Shown here: in pieces, positions 10,030 through 23,640 of the stretch | Layout of the letters: every line of letters begins with the position of its first letter | Numbering within the stretch: position 1 is the stretch's first letter | NCBI RefSeq assembly: GCF_964355755.1 | Contig: NW_027306095.1 | Coordinates: 372,001-436,000, forward strand | Source of the DNA: Antedon mediterranea | Taxonomy: Eukaryota > Animalia > Echinodermata | DNA length: 64,000 nucleotides | Direction: 5' to 3' | The notes under the pieces: model-generated | What the model was told of the DNA's origin: nothing | The model's input: only the letters and a program-made list of their open reading frames with translations | Database searches by the model: none | Translations under genes and position numbers: made by a program

Positions 10030-10042
10030 TGGAACAGCTGTG
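10030..10042 (-). repeat. Right terminal inverted repeat (TGGAACAGCTGTG on +)
   Basis: Reverse complement of the left TIR, followed directly by the CGAA TSD. Confidence 0.93.
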
Positions 10043-10046
10043 CGAA
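10043..10046 (+). repeat. Right target-site duplication CGAA
   Basis: GTG|CGAA|AAAACTTGTGCAC; removing the element plus one CGAA restores the sequence seen at 23617-23640. Confidence 0.92.
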
Positions 10047-10060
10047 AAAACTTGTGCACT
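10047..10060. other. Inversion junction, type B (- to +), transposon-adjacent copy
   Basis: …AAAAC-TTG-TGCACTTTGTCG, the same breakpoint as at 23631 and 49751. Confidence 0.9.
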
Positions 10061-13000
10061 TTGTCGTTTTTGTGTGAAAAGTTTCATCGAAATGCTCAAA
10101 ATGGTCTAAAACGTCTCCAAATGCGATTTGAAGCAATTTTGTGCACTTTGATGTTTTGTGTAATCCAGTTTCATCGAAATGTACAAAATTGTCTAAAACG
10201 TCTCTAAATGCGATTTGAAGCTATTTTGTGCACTTTGTCGTTTTTGTGTGAAAAGTTTTTTCGAAATGCACAAAATGGTCTAAAACGTCTCCAATTGCGA
10301 TTTGAAGTTATTTTGTGCACTTTGATGTTTTGTGTGAAAAGTTTTATCGAAATGCTCAAAATGGTCTAAAACGGTTTCAAATGTGATTTTAAGCACTTTG
10401 ATATTTTTGTGTAATCAAGTTTCATCGAAATGCACAAAATGGTTTAAAACGTCTGCAAATGCGATTTGAAGCTATTTTGTGCACTTTGATGTTTTTGTGT
10501 GAAAAGTTTCATCGAAATGCACAAAATTGTCTAAAACGTCTCCAAATACGATATTAAGCTATTTTGTGCACTTTGATGTTTTTGTGTGAAAAGTTTCATC
10601 GAAATGCACAAAATGGTCTAAAACGTCTGCAAATGCGATTTGAAGCTATTTTGTGCACTTTGTCGTTTTTGTGTGAAAAGTTTCATCGAAATGCTCAAAA
10701 TGGTCTAAAACGTCTCCAAATGCGATTTGAAGCAATTTTGTGCACTTTGATGTTTTTGTGTGAAAAGTTTCATCGAAATGCACAAAATGGTCTCTAAAAC
10801 GTCTGCAAATGCGATTTGAAGCTATTTTGTGCACTTTGTCGTTTTTGTGTGAAAAGTTTTTTCGAAATGCACAAAATGGTCTAAAACGTCTCCAAATGCG
10901 ATTTGAAGCAATTTTGTGCACTTTGATGTTTTGTGTAATCCAGTTTCATCGAAATGTACAAAATTGTCTAAAACGTCTCTAAATGCGATTTGAAGCTATT
11001 TTGTGCACTTTGTCGTTTTTGTGTGAAAAGTTTTTTCGAAATGCACAAAATGGTCTAAAACGTCTCCAATTGCGATTTGAAGTTATTTTGTGCACTTTGA
11101 TGTTTTGTGTGAAAAGTTTTATCGAAATGCTCAAAATGGTCTAAAACGGTTTCAAATGTGATTTTAAGCACTTTGATATTTTTGTATAATCAAGTTAAAT
11201 CGAAATGCACAAAATGGTCTAAAACGTCTGCAAATGCGATTTAAAGCTATTTTGTGCACTTTAATGTTTTGTGTGAAAAGTTTTATCGAAATTCTCAAAA
11301 TGGTCTAAAACGGTTTCAAATGTGATTTTAAGCACTTTGATGTTTTTGTGTAATCAAGTTTCATCGAAATGCACTAAATGGTTTAAAACGTCTGCAAATG
11401 CGATTTGAAGCTATTTTGTGCACTTTGATGTTTTTGTGTGAAAAGTTTCATCGAAATGCACAAAATTGTCTAAAACGTCTCCAAATACGATATTAAGCTA
11501 TTGTATGCACTTTGATGTTTTTGAGTGAAAAGTTTTTTCGAAATGCACAAAATGGTCTAAAACGTCTCCAAATGCGATTTGGAGCTCTTTGGTGCACTTT
11601 GATGTTTTGTGTAAAAAGTTTGCTATTTTGTGCACTTTAATGTTTTGTGTGAAAAGTTTTATCGAAATACTCAAAATTGTCTAAAACGGTTTCAAATGTG
11701 ATTTTAAGCACTTTGATATTTTTGTGTAATCAAGTTTTTTCGAAATGCACAACATGGTCTAAAACGTCTCCAAATGCGATTTGAAGCTATTTTGTGCACT
11801 TTGATGTTTTTGTGTGAAAAGTTTATTCGAAATGCACAAAATGGTCTAAAACGTCTCCAAATGCGATTTGAAGTTATTTTGTGCACTTTGATGTTTTGTG
11901 TGAAAAGTTTTATCGAAATGCTCAAAATGGTCTAAAACGGTTTCAAATGTGATTTTAAGCACTTTGATATTTTTGTGTAATCAAGTTTCATCGAAATGCT
12001 CAAAATGGTCTAAAACGTCTCCAAATGCGATTTGAAGCTATTTTGTGCACTTTGATGTTTTTTTGTGAAAAGTTTCATCGAAATGCACAAAATGGTCTAA
12101 AACGTCTCTAAATGCGATTTGAAGCTATTTTGTGCACTTTGATGTTTTTGTGTGAAAAGTTTCATCGAAATGCACAAATTGGTCTAAAACGTCTCTAAAT
12201 GCGATTTGAAGCTATTTTGTGCACTTTGATGTTTTTTTGTGAAAAGTTTCATCGAAATGCACAAAATGGTCTAAAACGTCTCTAAATGCGATTTGAAGCT
12301 ATTTTGTGCACTTTGATGTTTTTTTGTGAAAAGTTTCATCGAAATGCACAAAATTGTCTAAAACGTCTCTAAATGCGATTTGAAGCTATTTTGTGCACTT
12401 TGTCGTTTTTGTGTGAAAAGTTTCATCGAAATGCTCAAAATGGTCTAAAACGTCTCCAAATGCGATTTGAAGCAATTTTGTGCACTTTGATGTTTTTGTG
12501 TGAAAAGTTTCATCGAAATGCACAAAATGGTCTAAAACGTCTGCAAATGCGATTTGAAGCTATTTTGTGCACTTTGTCGTTTTTGTGTGAAAAGTTTTTT
12601 CGAAATGCACAAAATGGTCTAAAACGTCTCCAATTGCGATTTGAAGTTATTTTGTGCACTTTGATGTTTTGTGTGAAAAGTTTTATCGAAATGCTCAAAA
12701 TGGTCTAAAACGGTTTCAAATGTGATTTTAAGCACTTTGATATTTTTGTGTAATCAAGTTTCATCGAAATGCACAAAATGGTCTAAAACGTCTGCAAATG
12801 CGATTTAAAGCTATTTTGTGCACTTTAATATTTTGTGTGAAAAGTTTTATCGAAATTCTCAAAATGGTCTAAAACGGTTTCAAATGTGATTTTAAGCACT
12901 TTGATGTTTTTGTGTAATCAAGTTTCATCGAAATGCACAAAATGGTTTAAAACGTCTGCAAATGCGATTTGAAGCTATTTTGTGCACTTTGATGTTTTTG

Positions 13001-15675
13001 TGTGAAAAGTTTCCTCGAAATGCACAAAATTGTCTAAAACGTCTCCAAATACGATATTAAGCTATTTTGTGCACTTTGATGTTTTTGTGTGAAAAGTTTC
13101 ATCGAAATGCACAAAATGGTCTAAAACGTCTGCAAATGCGATTTGAAGCTTTTTTGTGCACTTTGTCGTTTTTGTGTGAAAAGTTTCATCGAAATGCTCA
13201 AAATGGTCTAAAACGTCTCCAAATGCGATTTGAAGCAATTTTGTGCACTTTGATGTTTTTGTGTGAAAAGTTTCATCGAAATGCACAAAATGGTCTCTAA
13301 AACGTCTGCAAATGCGATTTGAAGCTATTTTGTGCACTTTGTCGTTTTTGTGTGAAAAGTTTTTTCGAAATGCACAAAATGGTCTAAAACGTCTCCAAAT
13401 GCGATTTGAAGCAATTTTGTGCACTTTGATGTTTTGTGTAATCCAGTTTCATCGAAATGTACAAAATTGTCTAAAACGTCTCTAAATGCGAGTTGAAGCT
13501 ATTTTGTGCACTTTGTCGTTTTTGTGTGAAAAGTTTTTTCGAAATGCACAAAATGGTCTAAAACGTCTCCAATTGCGATTTGAAGTTATTTTGTGCACTT
13601 TGATGTTTTGTGTGAAAAGTTTTATCGAAATGCTCAAAATGGTCTAAAACGGTTTCAAATGTGATTTTAAGCACTTTGATATTTTTGTATAATCAAGTTA
13701 AATCGAAATGCACAAAATGGTCTAAAACGTCTGCAAATGCGATTTAAAGCTATTTTGTGCACTTTAATGTTTTGTGTGAAAAGTTTTATCGAAATTCTCA
13801 AAATGGTCTAAAACGGTTTCAAATGTGATTTTAAGCACTTTGATGTTTTTGTGTAATCAAGTTTCATCGAAAAGCACAAAATGGTTTAAAACATCTGCAA
13901 ATGCGATTTGAAGCTATTTTGTGCACTTTGATGTTTTTGTGTGAAAAGTTTCATCGAAATGCACAAAATTGTCTAAAACGTTTCCAAATACGATATTAAG
14001 CTATTGTATGCACTTTGATATTTTTGAGTGAAAAGTTTCATCGAAATGCACAAAATGGTCTAAAACGTCTCTAAATGCGATTTGAAGCTATTTTGTGCAC
14101 TTTGATGTTTTTGTGTGAAAAGTTTCATCGAAATGCACAAAATGGTCTAAAACGTCTCTAAATGCGATTTGAAGCTATTTTGTGCACTTTGATGTTTTTT
14201 TGTGAAAAGTTTCATCGAAATGCACAAAATGGTCTAAAACGTCTCTAAATGCGATTTGAAGCTATTTTGTGCACTTTGTCGTTTTTGTGTGAAAAGTTTC
14301 ATCGAAATGCTCAAAATGGTCTAAAACGTCTCCAAATGCGATTTGAAGCAATTTTGTGCACTTTGATGTTTTTGTGTGAAAAGTTTCATCGAAATGCACA
14401 AAATGGTCTAAAACGTCTGCAAATGCGATTTGAAGCTATTTTGTGAACTTTGATGTTTTTTTGTGAAAAGTTTCATCGAAATGCACAAAATTGTCTAAAA
14501 CGTCTCTAAATGCGATTTGAAGCTATTTTGTGCACTTTGATGTTTTTTTGTGAAAAGTTTCATCGAAATGTACAAAATTGTCTAAAACGTCTCTAAATGC
14601 GATTTGAAGCTATTTTGTGCACTTTGTCGTTTTTGTGTGAAAAGTTTCATCGAAATGCTCAAAATGGTCTAAAACGTTTCCAAATGCGATTTGAAGCAAT
14701 TTTGTGCACTTTGATGTTTTTGTGTGAAAAGTTTCATCGAAATGCACAAAATGGTCTAAAACGTCTGCAAATGCGATTTGAAGCTATTTTGTGCACTTTG
14801 TCGTTTTTGTGTGAAAAGTTTTTTCGAAATGCACAAAATGGTCTAAAACGTCTCCAAATGCGATTTGAAGCAATTTTGTGCACTTTGATTTTTTGTGTAA
14901 TCCAGTTTCATCGAAATGTACAAAATTGTCAAAAACGTCTCTAAATGCGATTTGAAGCTATTTTGTGCACTTTGTCGTTTTTGTGTGAAAAGTTTTTTCG
15001 AATTGCACAAAATGGTCTAAAACGTCTCCAATTGCGATTTGAAGTTATTTTGTGCACTTTGATGTTTTGTGTGAAAAGTTTTATCGAAATGCTCAAAATG
15101 GTCTAAAACGGTTTCAAATGTGATTTTAAGCACTTTGATATTTTTGTATAATCAAGTTAAATCGAAATAGACAATATGGTCTAAAACGTCTGCAAATGCG
15201 ATTTAAAGCTATTTTGTGCACTTTAATGTTTTGTGTGAAAAGTTTTATCGAAATTCTCAAAATGGTCTAAAACGGTTTCAAATGTGATTTTAAGCACTTT
15301 GATGTTTTTGTATAATCAAGTTTCATCGAAAAGCACAAAATGGTTTAAAACGTCTGCAAACGCGATTTGAAGCTATTTTGTGCACTTTGATGTTTTTGTG
15401 TGAAAAGTTTCATCGAAATGCACAAAATTGTCTAAAACGTTTCCAAATACGATATATTGTATGCACTTTGATGTTTTTGAGTGAAAAGTTTTTTCGAAAT
15501 GCACAAAATGGTCTAAAACGTCTCCAAATGCGATTTGAAGCTATTTTGTGCACTTTGATGTTTTTGTGTGAAAAGTTTCATCGAAATGCACAAAATGGTC
15601 TAAAACGTCTCTAAATGCGATTTGAAGCTATTTTGTGCACTTTGTCGTTTTTGTGTGAAAAGTTTCATCGAAATG
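10054..15675 (+). repeat. 87-bp satellite array, forward block 2
   Basis: Forward monomers; segments recur at offsets 17071 and 18346 in forward block 3. Confidence 0.97.
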
Positions 15676-15685
15676 CATTTCGATG
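15666..15685. other. Fold-back inversion junction, type A
   Basis: CATCGAAATGCATTTCGATG followed by TAACTTGATTACAC. Confidence 0.95.
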
Positions 15686-18600
15686 TAACTTGATTACACA
15701 AAAATATCAAAGTGCTTAAAATCACATTTGAAACCGTTTTAGACCATTTTGAGCATTTCGATAAAACTTTTCACACAAAACATTAAAGTGCACAAAATAA
15801 CTTCAAATCGCAATTGGAGACGTTTTAGACCATTTTGTGCATTTCGATGAAACTTTTCACACAAAAACGACAAAGTGCACAAAATAGCTTCAAATCGCAT
15901 TTAGAGACGTTTTAGACAATTTTGTACATTTCGATGAAACTGGATTACACAAAACATCAAAGTGCACAAAATTGCTTCAAATCGCATTTGGAGACGTTTT
16001 AGACCATTTTGTGCATTTCGAAAAAACTTTTCACACAAAAACGACAAAGTGCACAAAATAGCTTCAAATCGCATTTGCAGACGTTTTAGAACATTTTGTG
16101 CATTTCGATGAAACTTTTCACACAAAAACATCAAAGTGCACAAAATTGCTTCAAATCACATTTGGAGACGTTTTAGACCATTTTGAGCAATTCGATGAAA
16201 CTTTTCACACAAAAACGACAAAGTGCACAAAATAGCTTCAAATCGCATTTAGAGACGTTTTAGACAATTTTGTGCCTTTCGATGAAACTTTTCACAAAAA
16301 AACATCAAAGTGCACAAAATAGCTTCAAATCGCATTTGCAGACGTTTTAGACCATTTTGTGCATTTCGATGAAACTTTTCACACAAAAACATCAAAGTGC
16401 ACAAAATTGCTTCAAATCGCATTTAGAGACGTTTTAGACCATTTTGTGCATTTCGATGAAACTTTTCACACAAAAACATCAAAGTGCACAAAATAGCTTC
16501 AAATCGCATTTGCAGACGTTTTAGACCATTTTGTGCATTTCGATGAAACTTTTCACACAAAAACGACAAAGTGCACAAAATATCTTCAAATCGCATTTGG
16601 AGACGTTTTAGACCATTTTGAGCATTTCGATGAAACTTTTCACACAAAAACGACAAAGTGCACAAAATTGCTTCAAATCGCATTTAGAGACGTTTTAGAC
16701 CATTTTGTGCATTTCGATGAAACTTTTCACAAAAAAACATCAAAGTGCACTAAATAGCTTCAAATCGCATTTAGAGACGTTTTAGACCATTTTGTGCATT
16801 TCGATGAAACTTTTCAGAAAAAAACATCAAAGTGCACAAAATAGCTTCAAATCGCATTTGGAGACGTTTTAGACCATTTTGAGCATTTCGATGAAACTTT
16901 TCACACAAAAACGACAAAGTGCACAAAATAGCTTCAAATCGCATTTAGAGACGTTTTAGACCATTTTGTGCATTTCGATGAAACTTTTCACACAAAAACA
17001 TCAAAGTGCACAAAATAGCTTCAAATCGCATTTAGAGACGTTTTAGACCATTTTGTGTATTTCGATGAAACTTTTCACACAAAAACATCAAAGTGCACAA
17101 AATAGCTTCAAATCGCATTTGGAGACGTTTTAGACCATGTTGTGCATTTCGAAAAAACTTGATTACACAAAAATATCAAAGTGCTTAAAATCACATTTGA
17201 AACCGTTTTAGACAATTTTGAGCATTTCGATAAAACTTTTCAAACAAAACATTAAAGTGCACAAAATAGCAAACTTTTTACACAAAACATCAAAGTGCAC
17301 AAAAGAGCTCCAAATCGCATTGGGAGACGTTTTTGGAGACGTTTTAGACAATTTTGTGCATTTCGATGAAACTTTTCACACAAAAACATCAAAGTGCACA
17401 AAATTGCTTCAAATCGCATTTGCAGACGTTTTAAACCATTTTGTGCATTTCGATGAAACTTGATTACACAAAACATCAAAGTGCTTAAAATCACATTTGA
17501 AACCGTTTTAGACCATTTTGAGAATTTCGATAAAACTTTACACACAAAAACATCAAAGTGCACAAAATAGCTTCAAATCGCATTTAGAGACGTTTTAGAC
17601 CATTTTGTGTATTTCGATGAAACTTTTCACACAAAAACATCAAAGTGCACAAAATAGCTTCAAATCGCATTTGGAGACGTTTTAGACCATGTTGTGCATT
17701 TCGAAAAAACTTGATTACACAAAAATATCAAAGTGCTTAAAATCACATTTGAAACCGTTTTAGACAATTTTGAGCATTTCGATAAAACTTTTCACACAAA
17801 ACATTAAAGTGCACAAAATAGCAAACTTTTTACACAAAACATCAAAGTGCACAAAAGAGCTCCAAATCGCATTGGGAGACGTTTTAGACCATTTTGTGCA
17901 TTTCGAAAAAACTTTTCACTCAAAAACATCAAAGTGCATACAAGAGCTTAATATCGTATTTGGAGACGTTTTAGACAATTTTGTGCATTTCGATGAAACT
18001 TTTCACACAAAAACATCAAAGTGCACAAAATAGCTTCAAATCGCATTTGCAGACGTTTTAAACCATTTTGTGCATTTCGATGAAACTTGATTACACAAAA
18101 ACATCAAAGTGCTTAAAATCTCATTTGAAACCGTTTTAGACCATTTTGAGAATTTCGATAAAACTTTTCACACAAAACATTAAAGTGCACAAAATAGCTT
18201 TAAATCGCATTTGCAGACGTTTTAGACCATTTTGTGCATTTCGATGAAACTTGATTACACAAAAATATCAAAGTGCTTAAAATCACATTTGAAACCGTTT
18301 TAGACCATTTTGAGCATTTCGATAAAACTTTTCACACAAAACATCAAAGTGCACAAAATAACTTCAAATCGCAATTGGAGACGTTTTAGACCATTTTGTG
18401 CATTTCGAAAAAACTTGATTACACAAAAATATCAAAGTGCTTAAAATCACATTTGAAACCGTTTTAGACCATTTTGTGCATTTCGATGAAACTTTTCACA
18501 CAAAAACATCAAAGTGCACAAAATAGCTTCAAATCGCATTTGGAGACGTTTTAGATCATTTTGAGCATTTCGATGAAACTTTTCACACAAAAACGACAAA

Positions 18601-21600
18601 GTGCACAAAATATCTTCAAATCGCATTTGGAGACGTTTTAGACCATTTTGAGCATTTCGATGAAACTTTTCACACAAAAACGACAAAGTGCACAAAATTG
18701 CTTCAAATCGCATTTAGAGACGTTTTAGACCATTTTGTGCATTTCGATGAAACTTTTCACAAAAAAACATCAAAGTGCACTAAATAGCTTCAAATCGCAT
18801 TTAGAGACGTTTTAGACCATTTTGTGCATTTCGATGAAACTTTTCAGAAAAAAACATCAAAGTGCACAAAATAGCTTCAAATCGCATTTGGAGACGTTTT
18901 AGACCATTTTGAGCATTTCGATGAAACTTTTCACACAAAAACGACAAAGTGCACAAAATAGCTTCAAATCGCATTTAGAGACGTTTTAGACCATTTTGTG
19001 CATTTCGATGAAACTTTTCACACAAAAACATCAAAGTGCACAAAATAGCTTCAAATCGCATTTAGAGACGTTTTAGACCATTTTGTGTATTTCGATGAAA
19101 CTTTTCACACAAAAACATCAAAGTGCACAAAATAGCTTCAAATCGCATTTGGAGACGTTTTAGACCATGTTGTGCATTTCGAAAAAACTTGATTACACAA
19201 AAATATCAAAGTGCTTAAAATCACATTTGAAACCGTTTTAGACAATTTTGAGCATTTCGATAAAACTTTTCAAACAAAACATTAAAGTGCACAAAATAGC
19301 AAACTTTTTACACAAAACATCAAAGTGCACAAAAGAGCTCCAAATCGCATTGGGAGACGTTTTAGACCATTTTGTGCATTTCGAAAAAACTTTTCACTCA
19401 AAAACATCAAAGTGCATACAATAGCTTAATATCGTATTTGGAGACGTTTTAGACAATTTTGTGCATTTCGATGAAACTTTTCACACAAAAACATCAAAGT
19501 GCACAAAATTGCTTCAAATCGCATTTGCAGACGTTTTAAACCATTTTGTGCATTTCGATGAAACTTGATTACACAAAACATCAAAGTGCTTAAAATCACA
19601 TTTGAAACCGTTTTAGACCATTTTGAGAATTTCGATAAAACTTTACACACAAAAACATCAAAGTGCACAAAATAGCTTCAAATCGCATTTAGAGACGTTT
19701 TAGACCATTTTGTGTATTTCGATGAAACTTTTCACACAAAAACATCAAAGTGCACAAAATAGCTTCAAATCGCATTTGGAGACGTTTTAGACCATGTTGT
19801 GCATTTCGAAAAAACTTGATTACACAAAAATATCAAAGTGCTTAAAATCACATTTGAAACCGTTTTAGACAATTTTGAGCATTTCGATAAAACTTTTCAC
19901 ACAAAACATTAAAGTGCACAAAATAGCAAACTTTTTACACAAAACATCAAAGTGCACAAAAGAGCTCCAAATCGCATTGGGAGACGTTTTAGACCATTTT
20001 GTGCATTTCGAAAAAACTTTTCACTCAAAAACATCAAAGTGCATACAAGAGCTTAATATCGTATTTGGAGACGTTTTAGACAATTTTGTGCATTTCGATG
20101 AAACTTTTCACACAAAAACATCAAAGTGCACAAAATAGCTTCAAATCGCATTTGCAGACGTTTTAAACCATTTTGTGCATTTCGATGAAACTTGATTACA
20201 CAAAAACATCAAAGTGCTTAAAATCTCATTTGAAACCGTTTTAGACCATTTTGAGAATTTCGATAAAACTTTTCACACAAAACATTAAAGTGCACAAAAT
20301 AGCTTTAAATCGCATTTGCAGACGTTTTAGACCATTTTGTGCATTTCGATGAAACTTGATTACACAAAAATATCAAAGTGCTTAAAATCACATTTGAAAC
20401 CGTTTTAGACCATTTTGAGCATTTCGATAAAACTTTTCACACAAAACATCAAAGTGCACAAAATAACTTCAAATCGCAATTGGAGACGTTTTAGACCATT
20501 TTGTGCATTTCGAAAAAACTTTTCACACAAAAACGACAAAGTGCACAAAATAGCTTCAAATCGCATTTGCAGACGTTTTAGACCATTTTGTGCATTTCGA
20601 TGAAACTTTTCACACAAAAACATCAAAGTGCACAAAATTGCTTCAAATCGCATTTGGAGACGTTTTAGACCATTTTGAGCATTTCGATGAAACTTTTCAC
20701 ACAAAAACGACAAAGTGCACAAAATAGCTTCAAATCGCATTTAGAGACGTTTTAGACAATTTTGTGCATTTCGATGAAACTTTTCACAAAAAAACATCAA
20801 AGTGCACAAAATAGCTTCAAATCGCATTTAGAGACGTTTTAGACCATTTTGTGCATTTCGATGAAACTTTTCACACAAAAACATCAAAGTGCACAAAATA
20901 GCTTCAAATCGCATTTAGAGACGTTTTAGACCATTTTGTGCATTTCGATGAAACTTTTCACAAAAAAACATCAAAGTGCACAAAATAGCTTCAAATCGCA
21001 TTTGGAGACGTTTTAGACCATTTTGAGCATTTCGATGAAACTTGATTACACAAAAATATCAAAGTGCTTAAAATCACATTTGAAACCGTTTTAGACCATT
21101 TTGAGCATTTCGATAAAACTTTTCACACAAAACATCAAAGTGCACAAAATAACTTCAAATCGCATTTGGAGACGTTTTAGACCATTTTGTGCATTTCGAA
21201 TAAACTTTTCACACAAAAACATCAAAGTGCACAAAATAGCTTCAAATCGCATTTGGAGACGTTTTAGACCATGTTGTGCATTTCGAAAAAACTTGATTAC
21301 ACAAAAATATCAAAGTGCTTAAAATCACATTTGAAACCGTTTTAGACAATTTTGAGCATTTCGATAAAACTTTTCACACAAAACATTAAAGTGCACAAAA
21401 TAGCAAACTTTTTACACAAAACATCAAAGTGCACAAAAGAGCTCCATTTGGAGACGTTTTAGACCATTTTGTTCATTTCGAAAAAACTTTTCACTCAAAA
21501 ACATCAAAGTGCATACAATAGCTTAATATCGTATTTGGAGACGTTTTAGACAATTTTGTGCATTTCGATGAAACTTTTCACACAAAAACATCAAAGTGCA

Positions 21601-23632
21601 CAAAATAGCTTCAAATCGCATTTGCAGACGTTTTAAACCATTTAGTGCATTTCGATGAAACTTGATTACACAAAAACATCAAAGTGCTTAAAATCACATT
21701 TGAAACCGTTATAGACCATTTTGAGAATTTCGATAAAACTTTTCACACAAAACATTAAAGTGCACAAAATAGCTTTAAATCGCATTTGCAGACGTTTTAG
21801 ACCATTTTGTGCATTTCGATGAAACTTGATTACACAAAAATATCAAAGTGCTTAAAATCACATTTTAAACCGTTTTAGACCATTTTGAGCATTTCGATAA
21901 AACTTTTCACACAAAACATCAAAGTGCACAAAATAACTTCAAATCGCAATTGGAGACGTTTTAGACCATTTTGTGCATTTCGATGAAACTTTTCACACAA
22001 AAACGACAAAGTGCACAAAATAGCTTCAAATCGCATTTAGAGACGTTTTAGACAATTTTATACATTTCGATGAAACTGGATTACACAAAACATCAAAGTG
22101 CACAAAATTGCTTCAAATCGCATTTGGAGACGTTTTAGACCATTTTGTGCATTTCGAAAAAACTTTTCACACAAAAACGACAAAGTGCACAAAATAGCTT
22201 CAAATTGCATTTGCAGACGTTTTAGACCATTTTGTGCATTTCGATGAAACTTTTCACACAAAAACATCAAAGTGCACAAAATTGCTTCAAATCGCATTTG
22301 GAGACGTTTTAGACCATTTTTAGCATTTCGATGAAACTTTTCACACAAAAACGACAAAGTTCACAAAATAGCTTCAAATCGCATTTAGAGACGTTTTAGA
22401 CAATTTTGTGCCTTTCGATGAAACTTTTCACAAAAAAATATCAAAGTGCACAAAATAGCTTCAAATCGCATTTGCAGACGTTTTAGACCATTTTTTGCAT
22501 TTCGATGAAACTTTTCACACAAAAACATCAAAGTGCACAAAATTGCTTCAAATCGCATTTGGAGACGTTTTAGACCATTTTGTGCATTTCGAAAAAACTT
22601 TTCACACAAAAACGACAAAGTGCACAAAATAGCTTCAAATTGCATTTGCAGACGTTTTAGACCATTTTGTGCATTTCGATGAAACTTTTCACACAAAAAC
22701 ATCAAAGTGCACAAAATTGCTTCAAATCGCATTTGGAGACGTTTTAGACCATTTTGAGCATTTCGATGAAACTTTTCACACAAAAACGACAAAGTTCACA
22801 AAATAGCTTCAAATCGCATTTAGAGACGTTTTAGACAATTTTGTGCCTTTCGATGAAACTTTTCACAAAAAAACATCAAAGTGCACAAAATAGCTTCAAA
22901 TCGCATTTGCAGACGTTTTAGACCATTTTGTGCATTTCGATGAAACTTTTCACACAAAAACATCAAAGTGCACAAAATTGCTTCAAATCGCATTTGGAGA
23001 CGTTTTAGACCTTTTGAGCATTTCGATGAAACTTTTCACACAAAAACGACAAAGTGCACAAAATAGCTTCAAATCGCATTTAGAGACGTTTTAGACCATT
23101 TTGTGCATTTCGATGAAACTTTTCACAAAAAAACATCAAAGTGCACAAAATAGCTTCAAATCGCATTTAGAGACGTTTTAGACCATTTTGTGCATTTCGA
23201 TGAAACTTTTCACACAAAAACATCAAAGTGCACAAAATAGCTTCAAATCGCATTTAGAGACGTTTTAGACCATTTTGTGCATTTCGATGAAACTTTTCAC
23301 ACAAAAACATCAAAGTGCACAAAATAGCTTCAAATCGCATTTGGAGACGTTTTAGACCATGTTGTGCATTTCGAAAAAACTTGATTACACAAAAACATCA
23401 AAGTGCTTAAAATCACATTTGAAACCGTTTTAGACCATTTTGAGAATTTCGATAAAACTTTTACACAAAACATTAAAGTGCACAAAATAGCTTTAAATCG
23501 CATTTGCAGACGTTTTAGACCATTTTGTGCATTTCGATGAAACTGGATTACACAAAACATCAAAGTGCACAAAATTGCTTCAAATCGCATTTGGAGACGT
23601 TTTAGACCATTTTGTGCATTTCGAAAAAACTT
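15676..23632 (-). repeat. 87-bp satellite array, inverted block 2
   Basis: Reverse-complement monomers; contains an internal ~2.0-2.1 kb tandem duplication (ORFs 17770/19875). Confidence 0.97.
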
Positions 23633-23640
23633 GTGCACTT
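23617..23640. other. Inversion junction, type B (empty, pre-insertion allele)
   Basis: CATTTCGAAAAAAC-TTG-TGCACTT: minus monomer joined to plus monomer through 2-3 bp of microhomology. Confidence 0.93.

Larger units (their letters stand above)
6283..10042 (+). mobile_element. 3760-bp non-autonomous DNA transposon, Chapaev-like (CMC superfamily; Transib/RAG1-related transposase)
   Basis: 5'-CAC…GTG-3' termini, 10-bp perfect TIR (12/13 extended), 4-bp TSD verified against two empty alleles in the window, and a transposase remnant with CxxC and RQxYHGxSFVGNH motifs. The element boundaries are seen directly; the family name is inferred from TSD length, termini and recalled motifs. Confidence 0.88.

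Noticed and set aside
6283-10042. Transposon as the cause of the adjacent inversion
   Set aside because: An intact TSD flanks the element, the junction lies ~10 bp outside it, and identical element-free junctions exist at 23632 and 49752 with no excision footprint.
6278-10047. Assignment as a bona fide ProtoRAG or Transib element
   Set aside because: The flanking 5-mers differ (TCGAA vs CGAAA), so the TSD is 4 bp rather than 5 bp, and no RAG2-like kelch sequence is recognisable.
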